The notes beneath the pieces are model-generated. The model worked only from the letters and a program-made list of their open reading frames with translations. It searched no databases and was not told where the DNA came from. Source: a virus. From it: a stretch of DNA of 64,000 nt. A program made the position numbers and the translations under genes. Positions within the stretch are counted from its first letter, which is position 1. Each line of letters begins with the position of its first letter. The stretch covers positions 32,001-96,000 of IMG/VR virus record IMGVR_UViG_3300032240_000659. One strand, given 5' to 3'. This document shows positions 11,601 through 20,496 of this stretch, in pieces.

Positions 11601-11721
11601 TATTGTCGCTGGCAATAGTAACACGTAGCGAACCAGTTCCAGTTACGCCATTACCGACTAATAAGTCGTTACTTTTAACCTTTAACAGGTTAACTAAGGT
11701 TGTGGTTCCGCCCGCTGCCAT
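8668..11721 (-). CDS. Repeat-rich fibre/decoration protein (1017 aa)
   Basis: 69-aa tandem repeats ([15 protein letters not shown]...[22 protein letters not shown]), Ala/Thr-rich, with a beta-rich C-terminal domain. Confidence 0.55.
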   Translation of the reverse strand: MAAGGTTTLVNLLKVKSNDLLVGNGVTGTGSLRVTIASDNSPISVNSAQPTTTGALTAIGTGGQLTVGATILYVGQTVVIAGTNGGTGSITNGTYRISVTNGSTTFTLVNLDGTAITTTAGTPSGVTYSTYTPDVISNLSMMAGQTIAMGTGVRTAGTQRVTIATDDIVPISITAGQTLGTVTSVTQFNGTAISMKAASTAATATDTSLVVALSPNTALPTGTNSIGNIGTVSTLTSLTQFNGTAIAMKSASTAAVVGDNSLVVALSPNTPAKLWDGTTTVAVKASSTSAAATDPALVVSFAGANSATKISDGTNTMPMGDAAARGIYHRVTDGTNTATVKAASTVAAAADTALVVSLSPNTPAKLWDGTNTVAVKATSTAAATGDPSLVVALSPNSPLPFGQNNIGSVNLSGVQTNFGALGALNQVMGPWNVFSQKGTSVVVNAISVPTGITVVAEVTIDGSTWNTAYMKDVAGVISNSITNAQLVVGAVRTIILPPGAYQTRLRMSAYGSGTVTFISMSSQTDGEVNLSISPNGTTSQPVSVQQIGGWDGANLRALNTDTSGRVNIGAINSALPAGTNAIGKLSANSGVTIGAIEIAAAQTLGTVSTVSTVTSLTQMNGQVIAMGSGVRTAGTQRVTIATDDVVPASQSGTWTVQPGNTANTTPWLTRPSDGTNSVAIKAASTAAVVGDPALVVAVSPNNSVTVAQSTAANLNATVSIAASQTLATVTSLTQFNGTAITMKAASTAAAAGDTSLVVGLSPNSPLPAGTNAIGKLSANSGVIIGDVNIAASQTLATVTSLTQFNGTAISMKAASTAAIATDTSLVVGLSPNSPLPAGTNAIGKLSANSGVIIGDVNIAASQTLATVTSLTQFNGNAIATNTGVRSAGTLRVTVATDDVVQTKATPDATGTYSGTNATTSAYATNLVVKATAGTLYMLSGYNSLASPQFIQIHNATSLPADTSVPAVMFYVPALSNYSFDFGVYGRYFSTGIVVCNSTTGPTKTIGAANCWFDAQYK
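9095..9560 (-). repeat. 207-nt (69-aa) tandem coding repeats
   Basis: Equivalent LTQFNG codons recur at ~9098, ~9305 and ~9512 (period 207). Amino acids are near-identical and third codon positions have diverged. Confidence 0.85.
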
Positions 11722-11722
11722 A

Positions 11723-12052
11723 TTATGTTATCTCCACGCCAAATGCGCTAAATGAAAGTGTTGCCAGTGTAGCGTACACTCTAATCTTATCAGTTGTTGC
11801 TAAGGTAATTCCCATTGTTGCTGTAAACGACGAATTACCATCAAGCAATTGATCATAAAAAAGATACTGTGAAACTGTATCAGCGGCGCCGGCAGGTGCA
11901 ACACTAATTCTAAATGTTGTTGCTGTTGCACTTCTGTTTACAACTACTAATGTGCTAACTGTTGTACTGGTTAATGCTGGAACAGTATATAAATCTGTTA
12001 ATGTTGTTGCGCTGGGCGCTGATTGTCCTAATACCTTAAACGACTCTGCCAT
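11723..12052 (-). CDS. Small all-beta virion protein (109 aa)
   Basis: LYTVP...STLVVVNRS...FRISVAP...[12 protein letters not shown] pattern, homologous-looking to the 106-aa ORF at 19092. Confidence 0.55.
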   Translation of the reverse strand: MAESFKVLGQSAPSATTLTDLYTVPALTSTTVSTLVVVNRSATATTFRISVAPAGAADTVSQYLFYDQLLDGNSSFTATMGITLATTDKIRVYATLATLSFSAFGVEIT

Positions 12053-12053
12053 A

Positions 12054-12695
12054 TTATCCTCCCATCATTGTGAATGTTCTTGCCCAAATATTGGGAGTAT
12101 TTGTCAAGCTAGTGTAACTACCTGTGCCTGCTACTGTTGAAATACCAACGGTACCAATATATCTATAACCATAAACATAAATTACTTGAGTGGCAGTCAT
12201 GACTGCTGGTGGCACATTTAAGAAATGTAATGTTCCTGATTTGTAATCAAAGTACCACTCGCCTTGTCCGCCTGACCCGTCTGCGAAAATTTGTGTTCCA
12301 CCTGTTGTTGCTGGGTCTGATAATCCTGTATTGCCATAATACACCGCTACTCGATAAGTGTTAACAGCATTAGCTGTATCAAATTCTGTAGGAATCCAGT
12401 TAGTCAAGTTTGTTTTCCACATTGGATTAATTAACACACTACCGTTACTGATTGATGTTGTATTAGAATCAGCAACACACTCAACCTTACTGGTGCTAGT
12501 ATATGCTTGAACAATACCTGCTACGGCTGCTGCCGTTGTTGGAATACTTGATGCTTGATTCCAGACTTGATCACCGCGAATTAATGCAGGACTGGCAATA
12601 CCTTCTTGTCCGGGTGTTTTGACACCTGTTGAGCGAGCAACTCCGTAAAGTTTCTTTAATAACAGGTCGGTTTTAATTGCATCAGTTAGTGCCAT
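12054..12695 (-). CDS. Hypothetical virion protein (213 aa)
   Basis: Full ORF tightly packed between structural genes. Contains WYFDYKSGTLHF and IYVYGYRYIG. Confidence 0.6.
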   Translation of the reverse strand: MALTDAIKTDLLLKKLYGVARSTGVKTPGQEGIASPALIRGDQVWNQASSIPTTAAAVAGIVQAYTSTSKVECVADSNTTSISNGSVLINPMWKTNLTNWIPTEFDTANAVNTYRVAVYYGNTGLSDPATTGGTQIFADGSGGQGEWYFDYKSGTLHFLNVPPAVMTATQVIYVYGYRYIGTVGISTVAGTGSYTSLTNTPNIWARTFTMMGG

Positions 12696-12699
12696 GTTA

Positions 12700-15600
12700 T
12701 TATCCTAAATATAATGATGTTATAGACTGGCCGCTAGTCAATTTAATTCTAACCCAAATTTCGTTGTTAGTTGCTGACGAAGAACTATAAACACCAAAAT
12801 CTACTGTAAATGTTTGTGCTGTGTATTGTTGTCCCGCTACAAATGCAGTTCCACTTACACAACCGTTTAATAATGTTGAGTTGGTGCCTAATGATAACCA
12901 GCCGTTAAGACTCGACTTACCAGTACCGTATACCGATCCGTTACTTGATCCAGGTAGCCCTGCCCAGAACCCAGCAATACCAGTTGCGCCAGTTGTGAGT
13001 GTTATTGGAAATCCGTTAATAGCACTTCGAACAAATCTAAATGTAAAATACTGTGCGTTACCGACTGTTCTGCCACTTAGGTTAGGGCCTGCTGGTAAGT
13101 AACCGGTTGAATAGTTTGTAACATCATGTTTTAAACTGTTAATACCTGTGCCAGTACCTACTACCGTTGCATCTGTTGCTAGTAATGTGCCTGATTGGCT
13201 ATTAAATGCGGCAGCACCACCTGCAAATGCAGGAGTGTCAGTATTTGCAGTTCCTGTATCTGGGTTAACAACTCTTAACCCACCAGTAGTGCTGCCGCCA
13301 ACTGCGGCATTAAAGAAAATATTTGTTTCATCTAAGAACGTTGTTGAACTTGTTGTTCCTGTTTTATATAATATAATTGCATTTAGTGCAGGTAATGCGC
13401 TAGCCGCTGTTGTGTAACTATTATCAGCAGTAAATGCAGGAACTGTTGTTGTAGTTGTCCATGCACCAAATCCAGTAGTAATACTATGCGTAAAAGTGGT
13501 TGCGTTAGGACCTGATCCAGCTGTTACTGTTGTAGTTGTTGGTAATGTTGTATAACCTAAGTTGGTATAAGTTTTATTACCGGCACTGGTCCACGGCCCA
13601 ATTGCGGCAGTGGTTAAAATGCTTGTTGCTAAACTAGAATGCCCTGTTTGTCCTGCGTTCCATGTTACAACAAAACCAGAGTTGTATGTTGTTGAACTAT
13701 TGTAATGAGGAATTGTGCTAGAATAAGTTAAATTACTTGTACCTAACGCAAAAGTTTGTGTACCAAATGTTGGCGCAACTGTAGCACTATTATCGTAATA
13801 CCAAACACCTGTGTTTGTTGTGCTAGCTCCAATAGTTGTTGAGCCAGCGGCGCCATGTGTAATTTGTACAGTGTTCCAACCTGCAGGTACTGTGGTACCA
13901 GTAACAGTTACATCAATAGTTTCATAAAATCCCGGTGTACCAACTGGGGAAGCAACGTTATTAGTAACAACTAGAGACGTATTATTTGCTGTATAGGTTC
14001 CGTTATCACTAGTTGATGTAAATGTTAGTGTTCCAGTTGTTGTACTAGTAGCATTAAATGCAGAACCAACTGAACCGGTAGTAGTATTATATGTTGATAA
14101 AGTTAATGTTGTTGCGGTTACTGCGGTAATATAATAAGCAGTAGAGTTAGACAGTCCGCCAAATGCTCCACTTGCACCAGTTGTAATCAAATAGCCAACA
14201 ACTAATACGCCTGCGGCAGGCGGCGTAAATGTCACAACGTTACTGTTTAATGTTGTTCCAGTAATTGTTGCTGTAATAGTTTGAGTAGTATTACCGTAAG
14301 TTAATGTTTTAGTTGTGGCTGCGGTATTATTTCTTTTAACAGTAACTAGACCTTGTGTACCTGGGCCTGTTGCTGTAATTGAACTTGTAGATAATGTGTT
14401 TGCACGGATAACATAGACAATAGTACCAGCCGCTGGAGTTGTTACGTTGGTTGCATCATTATTAACTTGTGAACCGGCGGCAGTAAACATAATGCGTTGC
14501 GTTAATCCATTCACAAAAAATGATTGACCTCCTGGAAATGCTGTAGGTGCCGCTGGTGTTAGTAGACTTAGTGTTTGATTTAACAGTCCAATACTATCTG
14601 AAACTGAAGTGCTGATTGACAAAGAAACTCCCCCTGTTAACGCTCCTTGTGCTGGTGTTCCTACAGAAATACCAGTAGCACTACTTGTTGTCAGTAATCC
14701 CGTAACTGTTGTAGGTGCATTAACAGTAACAGCTTCACCGGTTGCTGGATCAATATTAATTGGACCAACAGTAGAACCAATGGTATTACCAGAAATAATA
14801 ATATTATTTGCAGTAATTCCGGTTGGACCAACTGTGGTAATACTAGTACCATTATTAAATGTAATACTGTTTAGTGATGATACGTTTAGTGCGCCAGCGG
14901 CAAAATTAACAGCTCCTGTTTCGTAATTAACTGTAAATAAACTACCAACGCGGTAATTACCGCTTTGGTCTACAGAATTATAATATACTTTACCGCTATT
15001 AACTTGTATAACTTCGTTAGCTTGAACTACTGCACTCTTATCGTTTGTTAAATCAGCACCTGTTCCAATATAAGCAAAATTGTGCGCCATTAACTGAATA
15101 GAAACACCATAGCCGTCTGCTTTAACACCTTGGTTACCATAGATGTTAGCGCCAGAAATAGCTCTCATTTCTGCACCAAATTCACCAGTATCATATCTAG
15201 TAATACCAGTAGCAGTTCCGCCACTAGTTACTCTAATATCTTGAACTGTAACACCGTCGTCTACCGTAGTTGTTGCGTTATTTACGCCATCAAAGTGTAG
15301 CAATGCTACTGTTGTTGAATCACCAACATATGCGCTAGTTGCAGGAGTGAATGTAGTTGTGTAACGAGCAACACCTTTGCTAATTCTAAATTCGTCAATG
15401 TATCCAGTGTAACCAGCAGTTGAATCAAATCTACATCCAATGGTAACTGTTCCTTGAATATAGTTGTTTGTATCTGTATATGTTTGTGTTTGAACAGTTC
15501 CTCCAACAAACATTCTTGTAACTCCGCTTGCTCTAGCAATAGCAACATGTGTCCAAGTGTTTAAGCTAATAGCACTGTCACTTTGAATCTGTTGTGCGCC

Positions 15601-17403
15601 GTTGGTTGAAAATCTCAAAAAGTTTGTAGTTGGGCTTAGGTAAAATGTAGGAACAAGTTGAGGATCACTAGTTCTAAAGTCAAGAATTATTTGATTACTA
15701 GAAGATGTGGCAGTATTATAAATCCACATGTCAAATTCAAAATCACCAGTACCAAATGCAAAATCAGGACTGGTATTAATTGTAACATAGTCGCCTGTTC
15801 CGTCAAAGAATGCGCTAGTTGCGCCAAATTTAGCAGTAACACCGTTGCTTAACTTGGCGTTGCCGCCCATGTTTACAACTTTATTATCTCTATTAGCATT
15901 TGTTAAAAGGCCAGTTACTTTACCAGTAAGTGTAATTTTGCTACCGTTGATAGCCGCAATAGTTCCAGCACCTAATGCAGTAGGATAAACAGAATAAAGT
16001 GTTAATGTATCACCAACGTTGTAAGTTCCAGTCTTACCTGTTAGTGTCACGTATGTTTGCCCAACACCACCACGCCCAGTAGAACCTACGACACCTTCAA
16101 AGTGTAAATCAGCAAAGTAAGTAAAACAAGTTAACCATTCAACTCTAGCACCGTTAGTCATAATCAATGCACGACTATTTGGTACAATAAAAGTTGCTTC
16201 GTTAAACAACATTGCAGCCTCTAAACTTCCGCCGCTGGCAATAGTACCTTTAGTCACTAACGAACCATCTACATATGCGCCACGGCCAGCGTCTGCACTA
16301 GCAAAGCCATACGGATCGGTTGTTGTATTTGCTCCACTACCTTTGTTTAAAACTGTTACACGTTCAATATACGGGCTTCTACTAGATATCTGTGTTCCGG
16401 TAGCATTAATTGCTGTGCTAAGTGTAAATGTTAAGTCGTTTGTTCCATCAACTCCGCCTAAATATGCTCCGCTGATGGTAATAGTATTTGTAAGAGCATA
16501 GTTAGCTCCTGCATTAGAACCTAAAGCAACACTAATTGTTGTGCTGTATGTTGTACCGGTTGTTTTAGTAATAGTAAAACTTGCACCTGCTCCTGTTCCA
16601 CTTGTAGATTTTTGTGGAATATTAGTAAATGTGCCGCCGGCAGTTACACCCGTACCTGTTATAGATGTGTATGTTGTACTAGATGATAATGAATTACCTG
16701 TAAATTTAAATGCATATCCTGTGCCGTTACCTGCACTATAAAACATGTCTTTAATTGTTAAATCGCTGATTGTGGTTTCACCGTTGACTAAAAAACAATC
16801 TTTTGTGTTTGTGCCAGTTGTTGGATAAACAATTGTTTCACGCAACCCTGCTCCTCGAACACTAACACCTTTAGGCACAACTAAAGGAAATACTTCTTGA
16901 TACAATCCAGCTAAAATATAAACAGTATCACCAGATTGTGCTTGACTAAGAGCATACGCAATAGTCCTTAACGAATTCATTTCGCTATGGCCAGCATTGG
17001 TATCAACACCTACGTTATCTGAAACATACCATACACTTGTATCGCCAGAACCAAATACAACACCGTTGATAATAACTTTGCCGGTTCCGGTTGTAGTTAA
17101 TGTTAAATTACTATTTGTTGGTGAAGTTAAAGCAAGAGCACCGCTTGTTGAGCTTAAAGTGTTGCCAGTTAATTGTAAATTACCAGCATTAATTGTAGTA
17201 CCAAGTAGCGTTGTAGCACGAGCAGTTCCTGTAATATCTAAAGGATAAGCAGGGTTCTGATTCTTAACGCCGATGAAGTGGTTACTACGATCAGTAGTAT
17301 CGCTTACTAACAAATACAACAGATCTGTCTCAAAAGCTAAATTATTCCCGTTGCGGGATAAATTATCCTTTAAGAGCGGACCCGATATTCTTCCAACAGA
17401 CAT
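12700..17403 (-). CDS. Multidomain tail/adhesin protein (1567 aa) with pectin-lyase-like N-terminal motif and LamG/concanavalin-like domain
   Basis: WYVSDNVGVDTNAG...LRTIAYALSQAQSGDTVYILAGLYQE resembles a beta-helix N-terminal motif. FFDGTGDYV...FAFGTGDFEFDMWIY...WTHVAIAR...GYIDEFRISKGVARY is a LamG-like pattern. Confidence 0.65.
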   Translation of the reverse strand: MSVGRISGPLLKDNLSRNGNNLAFETDLLYLLVSDTTDRSNHFIGVKNQNPAYPLDITGTARATTLLGTTINAGNLQLTGNTLSSTSGALALTSPTNSNLTLTTTGTGKVIINGVVFGSGDTSVWYVSDNVGVDTNAGHSEMNSLRTIAYALSQAQSGDTVYILAGLYQEVFPLVVPKGVSVRGAGLRETIVYPTTGTNTKDCFLVNGETTISDLTIKDMFYSAGNGTGYAFKFTGNSLSSSTTYTSITGTGVTAGGTFTNIPQKSTSGTGAGASFTITKTTGTTYSTTISVALGSNAGANYALTNTITISGAYLGGVDGTNDLTFTLSTAINATGTQISSRSPYIERVTVLNKGSGANTTTDPYGFASADAGRGAYVDGSLVTKGTIASGGSLEAAMLFNEATFIVPNSRALIMTNGARVEWLTCFTYFADLHFEGVVGSTGRGGVGQTYVTLTGKTGTYNVGDTLTLYSVYPTALGAGTIAAINGSKITLTGKVTGLLTNANRDNKVVNMGGNAKLSNGVTAKFGATSAFFDGTGDYVTINTSPDFAFGTGDFEFDMWIYNTATSSSNQIILDFRTSDPQLVPTFYLSPTTNFLRFSTNGAQQIQSDSAISLNTWTHVAIARASGVTRMFVGGTVQTQTYTDTNNYIQGTVTIGCRFDSTAGYTGYIDEFRISKGVARYTTTFTPATSAYVGDSTTVALLHFDGVNNATTTVDDGVTVQDIRVTSGGTATGITRYDTGEFGAEMRAISGANIYGNQGVKADGYGVSIQLMAHNFAYIGTGADLTNDKSAVVQANEVIQVNSGKVYYNSVDQSGNYRVGSLFTVNYETGAVNFAAGALNVSSLNSITFNNGTSITTVGPTGITANNIIISGNTIGSTVGPINIDPATGEAVTVNAPTTVTGLLTTSSATGISVGTPAQGALTGGVSLSISTSVSDSIGLLNQTLSLLTPAAPTAFPGGQSFFVNGLTQRIMFTAAGSQVNNDATNVTTPAAGTIVYVIRANTLSTSSITATGPGTQGLVTVKRNNTAATTKTLTYGNTTQTITATITGTTLNSNVVTFTPPAAGVLVVGYLITTGASGAFGGLSNSTAYYITAVTATTLTLSTYNTTTGSVGSAFNATSTTTGTLTFTSTSDNGTYTANNTSLVVTNNVASPVGTPGFYETIDVTVTGTTVPAGWNTVQITHGAAGSTTIGASTTNTGVWYYDNSATVAPTFGTQTFALGTSNLTYSSTIPHYNSSTTYNSGFVVTWNAGQTGHSSLATSILTTAAIGPWTSAGNKTYTNLGYTTLPTTTTVTAGSGPNATTFTHSITTGFGAWTTTTTVPAFTADNSYTTAASALPALNAIILYKTGTTSSTTFLDETNIFFNAAVGGSTTGGLRVVNPDTGTANTDTPAFAGGAAAFNSQSGTLLATDATVVGTGTGINSLKHDVTNYSTGYLPAGPNLSGRTVGNAQYFTFRFVRSAINGFPITLTTGATGIAGFWAGLPGSSNGSVYGTGKSSLNGWLSLGTNSTLLNGCVSGTAFVAGQQYTAQTFTVDFGVYSSSSATNNEIWVRIKLTSGQSITSLYLG

Positions 17404-17509
17404 TAGCGCTCCTCAGTACCCCGTGTTACACGGTTAACCAAATTTTCAGCTTGCGCTCTTTGCTGGTTTACCACAGTTTAAAATCTCAGCCATTTAGCAT
17501 GAGCAACTG
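17404..17509 (-). promoter_or_regulatory. Structured ~105-nt 5' leader (candidate cis-regulatory RNA)
   Basis: Hairpins CTCA..GCT-AAAT-GGC..TGAG, AGC-GCAA-GCT (GNRA loop) and CCGTG-TAA-CACGG lie between a late promoter motif and the SD GAGGAG. Confidence 0.5.
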
Positions 17510-17516
17510 TATTTAT
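17510..17516 (-). promoter_or_regulatory. Putative late promoter ATAAATA
   Basis: Intergenic, correct orientation for the 1567-aa gene. Confidence 0.55.
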
Positions 17517-17529
17517 GTTATTTTGGTTT

Positions 17530-19092
17530 TTATCTGTCGAAGCCATGTAAAACGTTGACTGTTTTACCTAGTGGTACTGGTTCTGTAAACTGTAAGTAAT
17601 AACTATTATTAGAAACAGTGTTTGTAGCGTCTACTAGTGTATATGTCATTCCTTGTGGAATGATTTGACTTGTTGTTCCTAGTGCAAGAGTTGCGCTAGT
17701 TAATGCTCCGCTGATACTGTCAGTTGTGTAACTGACAACGGTTGAGTATGTTGTCAATGTTAATCCAGTAATTGATCCGCCAGTGGCTGTCACTGCGGGG
17801 CCGCCAATAGAAGTTGACAACTGGAATGTTGTAGTACCGTTTGTTGAAATAATATAATATGTTGTAGGATTAGTATATCCAGTAATGCTACCGGCGCCGC
17901 CGGCCGTTCCACTAATTTGAATTTTCTGATTAACTGCTAAGGTATTGGCTGTACCTAATGTAAATGTATTACTACTAGTTGTAATAGTTCCAGAAATAGT
18001 TGTACTAGTTGGAATATATGTAGAATACGCTCCGCTAACTTTAGAACTGGCTGTAACAGTACCTGATTGATTTGATAATACTAGTGAATAAGATACCGAT
18101 GTTGCACTAGGAGCTGGGCTTGCTAATACACTAAATGACCCGTTAAAATTTGTAATACCTGTAACAGTAATACTTTGACCAGAAGCAAACGGAACACTAC
18201 CTAGACTAGTAAAGGTTAATGTTGCTACGTTTCCAGATACTGCCGCAGTTAATACAGTTAATGTTGATGATGTTGATACTGTTGCTGTAGTAATGTCTAC
18301 AGACGGATATGCAATAGTACCACTGGCGCTAGTTGCTACCAATGCTGTTGTAGAAGGAATAGCACTATACACACCGTTTGAACTTAGTGTATAAGTTCCT
18401 GTTCCGCCACTGCCGACAGTAATGGTTCCATAAATTGTACCAGTTTGTGCGTTGGCAATTTGTTGTCCCACTGCCAGTTGTGAAGGACTGCCTGAATTAA
18501 TTGATCCTACTGTAAGTGTAACAGATGATCCATTACTTCCGCTAGCCCCAATACTGCCAGTTATCCAAATACTAAAATAAATTGTCTTACCTGCAACTGC
18601 AATAGCATTACTACTAGTTGCTGTATAGGTCTCCCCAGCAATAGTAGGGTTTTGTACTACAAGATAGTTTGATACAGCTAATTGAATAACGTTTTCAACA
18701 ATGACTATTAAATTTTTAGCCATCTGTGTCATATCCCAAGTAACACCGCTTTGTGCTGTAGTTGCCGGTGCTGGATTTAATGGGCCAAAATATATAGTTA
18801 AGCTATCGCCTGCTCCTAAATTTTGTAATGTAATTAGGCCTGGTTCTTTGTAACGAATTGCACGCCAGCTTGCACTACTACCTTGATACACTTCTACTTC
18901 TTGGGTAGTTGTATTGTAACGAATCATGCCAGTTGACGGTGTTCCTGGTTGTTGTGCAGTAGTACCGTTAGGTAAAACTAAACTACCTGCACCAATAGGA
19001 CTAACATAGACATTAGTTCGTGAATCATCAGAATACAAAGTGGTATTATTTGCAGTTCTGCGATCTAAAGTTTGACGTTTAATAAATCTCAT
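17530..19092 (-). CDS. Fibre-like virion protein (520 aa)
   Basis: LVLPNGTTAQQP...GMIRYNTTTQEVEVY fibre motif. Carries the shared TTYYIISTNGTTTFQL module. Confidence 0.6.
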   Translation of the reverse strand: MRFIKRQTLDRRTANNTTLYSDDSRTNVYVSPIGAGSLVLPNGTTAQQPGTPSTGMIRYNTTTQEVEVYQGSSASWRAIRYKEPGLITLQNLGAGDSLTIYFGPLNPAPATTAQSGVTWDMTQMAKNLIVIVENVIQLAVSNYLVVQNPTIAGETYTATSSNAIAVAGKTIYFSIWITGSIGASGSNGSSVTLTVGSINSGSPSQLAVGQQIANAQTGTIYGTITVGSGGTGTYTLSSNGVYSAIPSTTALVATSASGTIAYPSVDITTATVSTSSTLTVLTAAVSGNVATLTFTSLGSVPFASGQSITVTGITNFNGSFSVLASPAPSATSVSYSLVLSNQSGTVTASSKVSGAYSTYIPTSTTISGTITTSSNTFTLGTANTLAVNQKIQISGTAGGAGSITGYTNPTTYYIISTNGTTTFQLSTSIGGPAVTATGGSITGLTLTTYSTVVSYTTDSISGALTSATLALGTTSQIIPQGMTYTLVDATNTVSNNSYYLQFTEPVPLGKTVNVLHGFDR

Positions 19093-19412
19093 TATACTGG
19101 TAGTGTGCTAATCACTATATTTAAAGATGTTGTTGTACCTGCAATCGCTACAAGAGTATCATTGCTTGCTAATACTAATTTTTCTTGATCTAATGTAACA
19201 GTTTCGCCTGACGGAATTGATAATGCACTTACTATTTTATTAGTATTACTTGCTGTACCAACTGATCCGGCACTGTTTGGAACTGCATACAAAGATAATG
19301 TAGTAGCGGCGACGCTATAATTACATACCATCATGCAGGTAACAGCATTATTTCCACTGCTAGTATAAACTGTAGTATTTGTTGTTCCAATTAATGCTGC
19401 GGTTAACGCCAT
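19092..19412 (-). CDS. Small all-beta virion protein (106 aa)
   Basis: TTVYTS...CMMVCNYS...LSIPSGETVTLDQEKLVLASNDTL; similar pattern to the 109-aa ORF. Confidence 0.55.
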   Translation of the reverse strand: MALTAALIGTTNTTVYTSSGNNAVTCMMVCNYSVAATTLSLYAVPNSAGSVGTASNTNKIVSALSIPSGETVTLDQEKLVLASNDTLVAIAGTTTSLNIVISTLPV

Positions 19413-19421
19413 ATTCTTTCC

Positions 19422-20456
19422 TTATAATAAAATGCTTAACAGCACTGCTCTATTCTTACTTACTAATTCATCTTGATTATAAGCAAGAGCACCGTAGGCA
19501 TTGTTGCTTACAAAATATATACCAGTTCTACCCGGACCTTCTGTAGATTTTGAATAAAATTTAACTTTGTTTGCGGCTGTTGCCGGATCGCTTACACTTA
19601 CATCTATTTCTAAACTTGCATTAAATTCAACAACCCCATTACCCGAAGTTACTATTAAATTACCGGTGCCAGAATTAGTTACGGTATTACCTAAAATGTT
19701 AACACCAGGTAAACCGGCAGTGGTATTAACAGTTAAGCCGCCAGATGTAACTTGCGTTCTTAAAATTAAATTACCTGAACCACTATCAATAGTATAAGTG
19801 TCAACACTGTTAGTAGTTGTTTGTACAAGAGATTGCGATATAGAAGATACAATTTTTTGTATTTTTTCTACGCCAGCTGATGCAAGTTGTGCTGTTACAT
19901 AACTGGTAACAAACTGTCTATTTGGTATATCGTTATCGTTAACTACTCGAGTATAGTAATTTGTTGAATTGGCAATTTTTAACACACTATTGCCATTTTG
20001 CATATCAAGATATAAGTTAGTATTAACTATGGGGCTAATACTGTTTACTTGTAAACCTGTTGTTCCGGTTGTAGTGCCGTTGTATGTTTTAATAACAAAC
20101 GATCCACTCACACTGCCGCCTGCACCAGCATTTGCTGTTGAATCCCAGTGCGTAACTTGTTCATCATAAACTAAAAATGCATCTGGACTGCTGCCTCTAC
20201 CAATTTGCAAACCTGCTTGGTATGGCATTTGTAATGCACCGCTAATTCCACTTCCGGATTGCCCGTAGTTTACTTGAATAATATTGTCTTTGATTGTTGT
20301 GTTTGTTGACTCAACTGTAGTAGTTGTGCCTTGAACGTCAAGGTTACCAGTGATAATAACAGTGCCCGCAGTTGGGCCAGTATCAAATGTGATAGTACCG
20401 CCAGTATTAACTGCAATTCTGTAATTATCTTGATCAACACGTAGTATTCTTGACAT
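19422..20456 (-). CDS. Virion/fibre protein (344 aa)
   Basis: ITGNLDVQGTTTTVESTNTTIKDNII motif, also present in the 1487-aa protein as ITGNLIVNGTTTTINSNTVSVDDKNL. Confidence 0.6.
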   Translation of the reverse strand: MSRILRVDQDNYRIAVNTGGTITFDTGPTAGTVIITGNLDVQGTTTTVESTNTTIKDNIIQVNYGQSGSGISGALQMPYQAGLQIGRGSSPDAFLVYDEQVTHWDSTANAGAGGSVSGSFVIKTYNGTTTGTTGLQVNSISPIVNTNLYLDMQNGNSVLKIANSTNYYTRVVNDNDIPNRQFVTSYVTAQLASAGVEKIQKIVSSISQSLVQTTTNSVDTYTIDSGSGNLILRTQVTSGGLTVNTTAGLPGVNILGNTVTNSGTGNLIVTSGNGVVEFNASLEIDVSVSDPATAANKVKFYSKSTEGPGRTGIYFVSNNAYGALAYNQDELVSKNRAVLLSILL

Positions 20457-20468
20457 TTATAATCCTTG

Positions 20469-20486
20469 CGGGGACCTAAGTCCCCG
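20469..20486. other. GC-rich intergenic hairpin
   Basis: cggggac-ctaa-gtccccg between the 585-aa stop and the SD of the 344-aa gene. No U-tract. Confidence 0.5.
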
Positions 20487-20496
20487 ACTTTATATA

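Noticed and set aside
17440-17480. GGTAAACC..GCGCAAGC resemblance to a c-di-GMP-I (GEMM) riboswitch
   Set aside because: The GNRA hairpin after GGYAAAC and the receptor stem are missing. Kept only as a generic structured leader.
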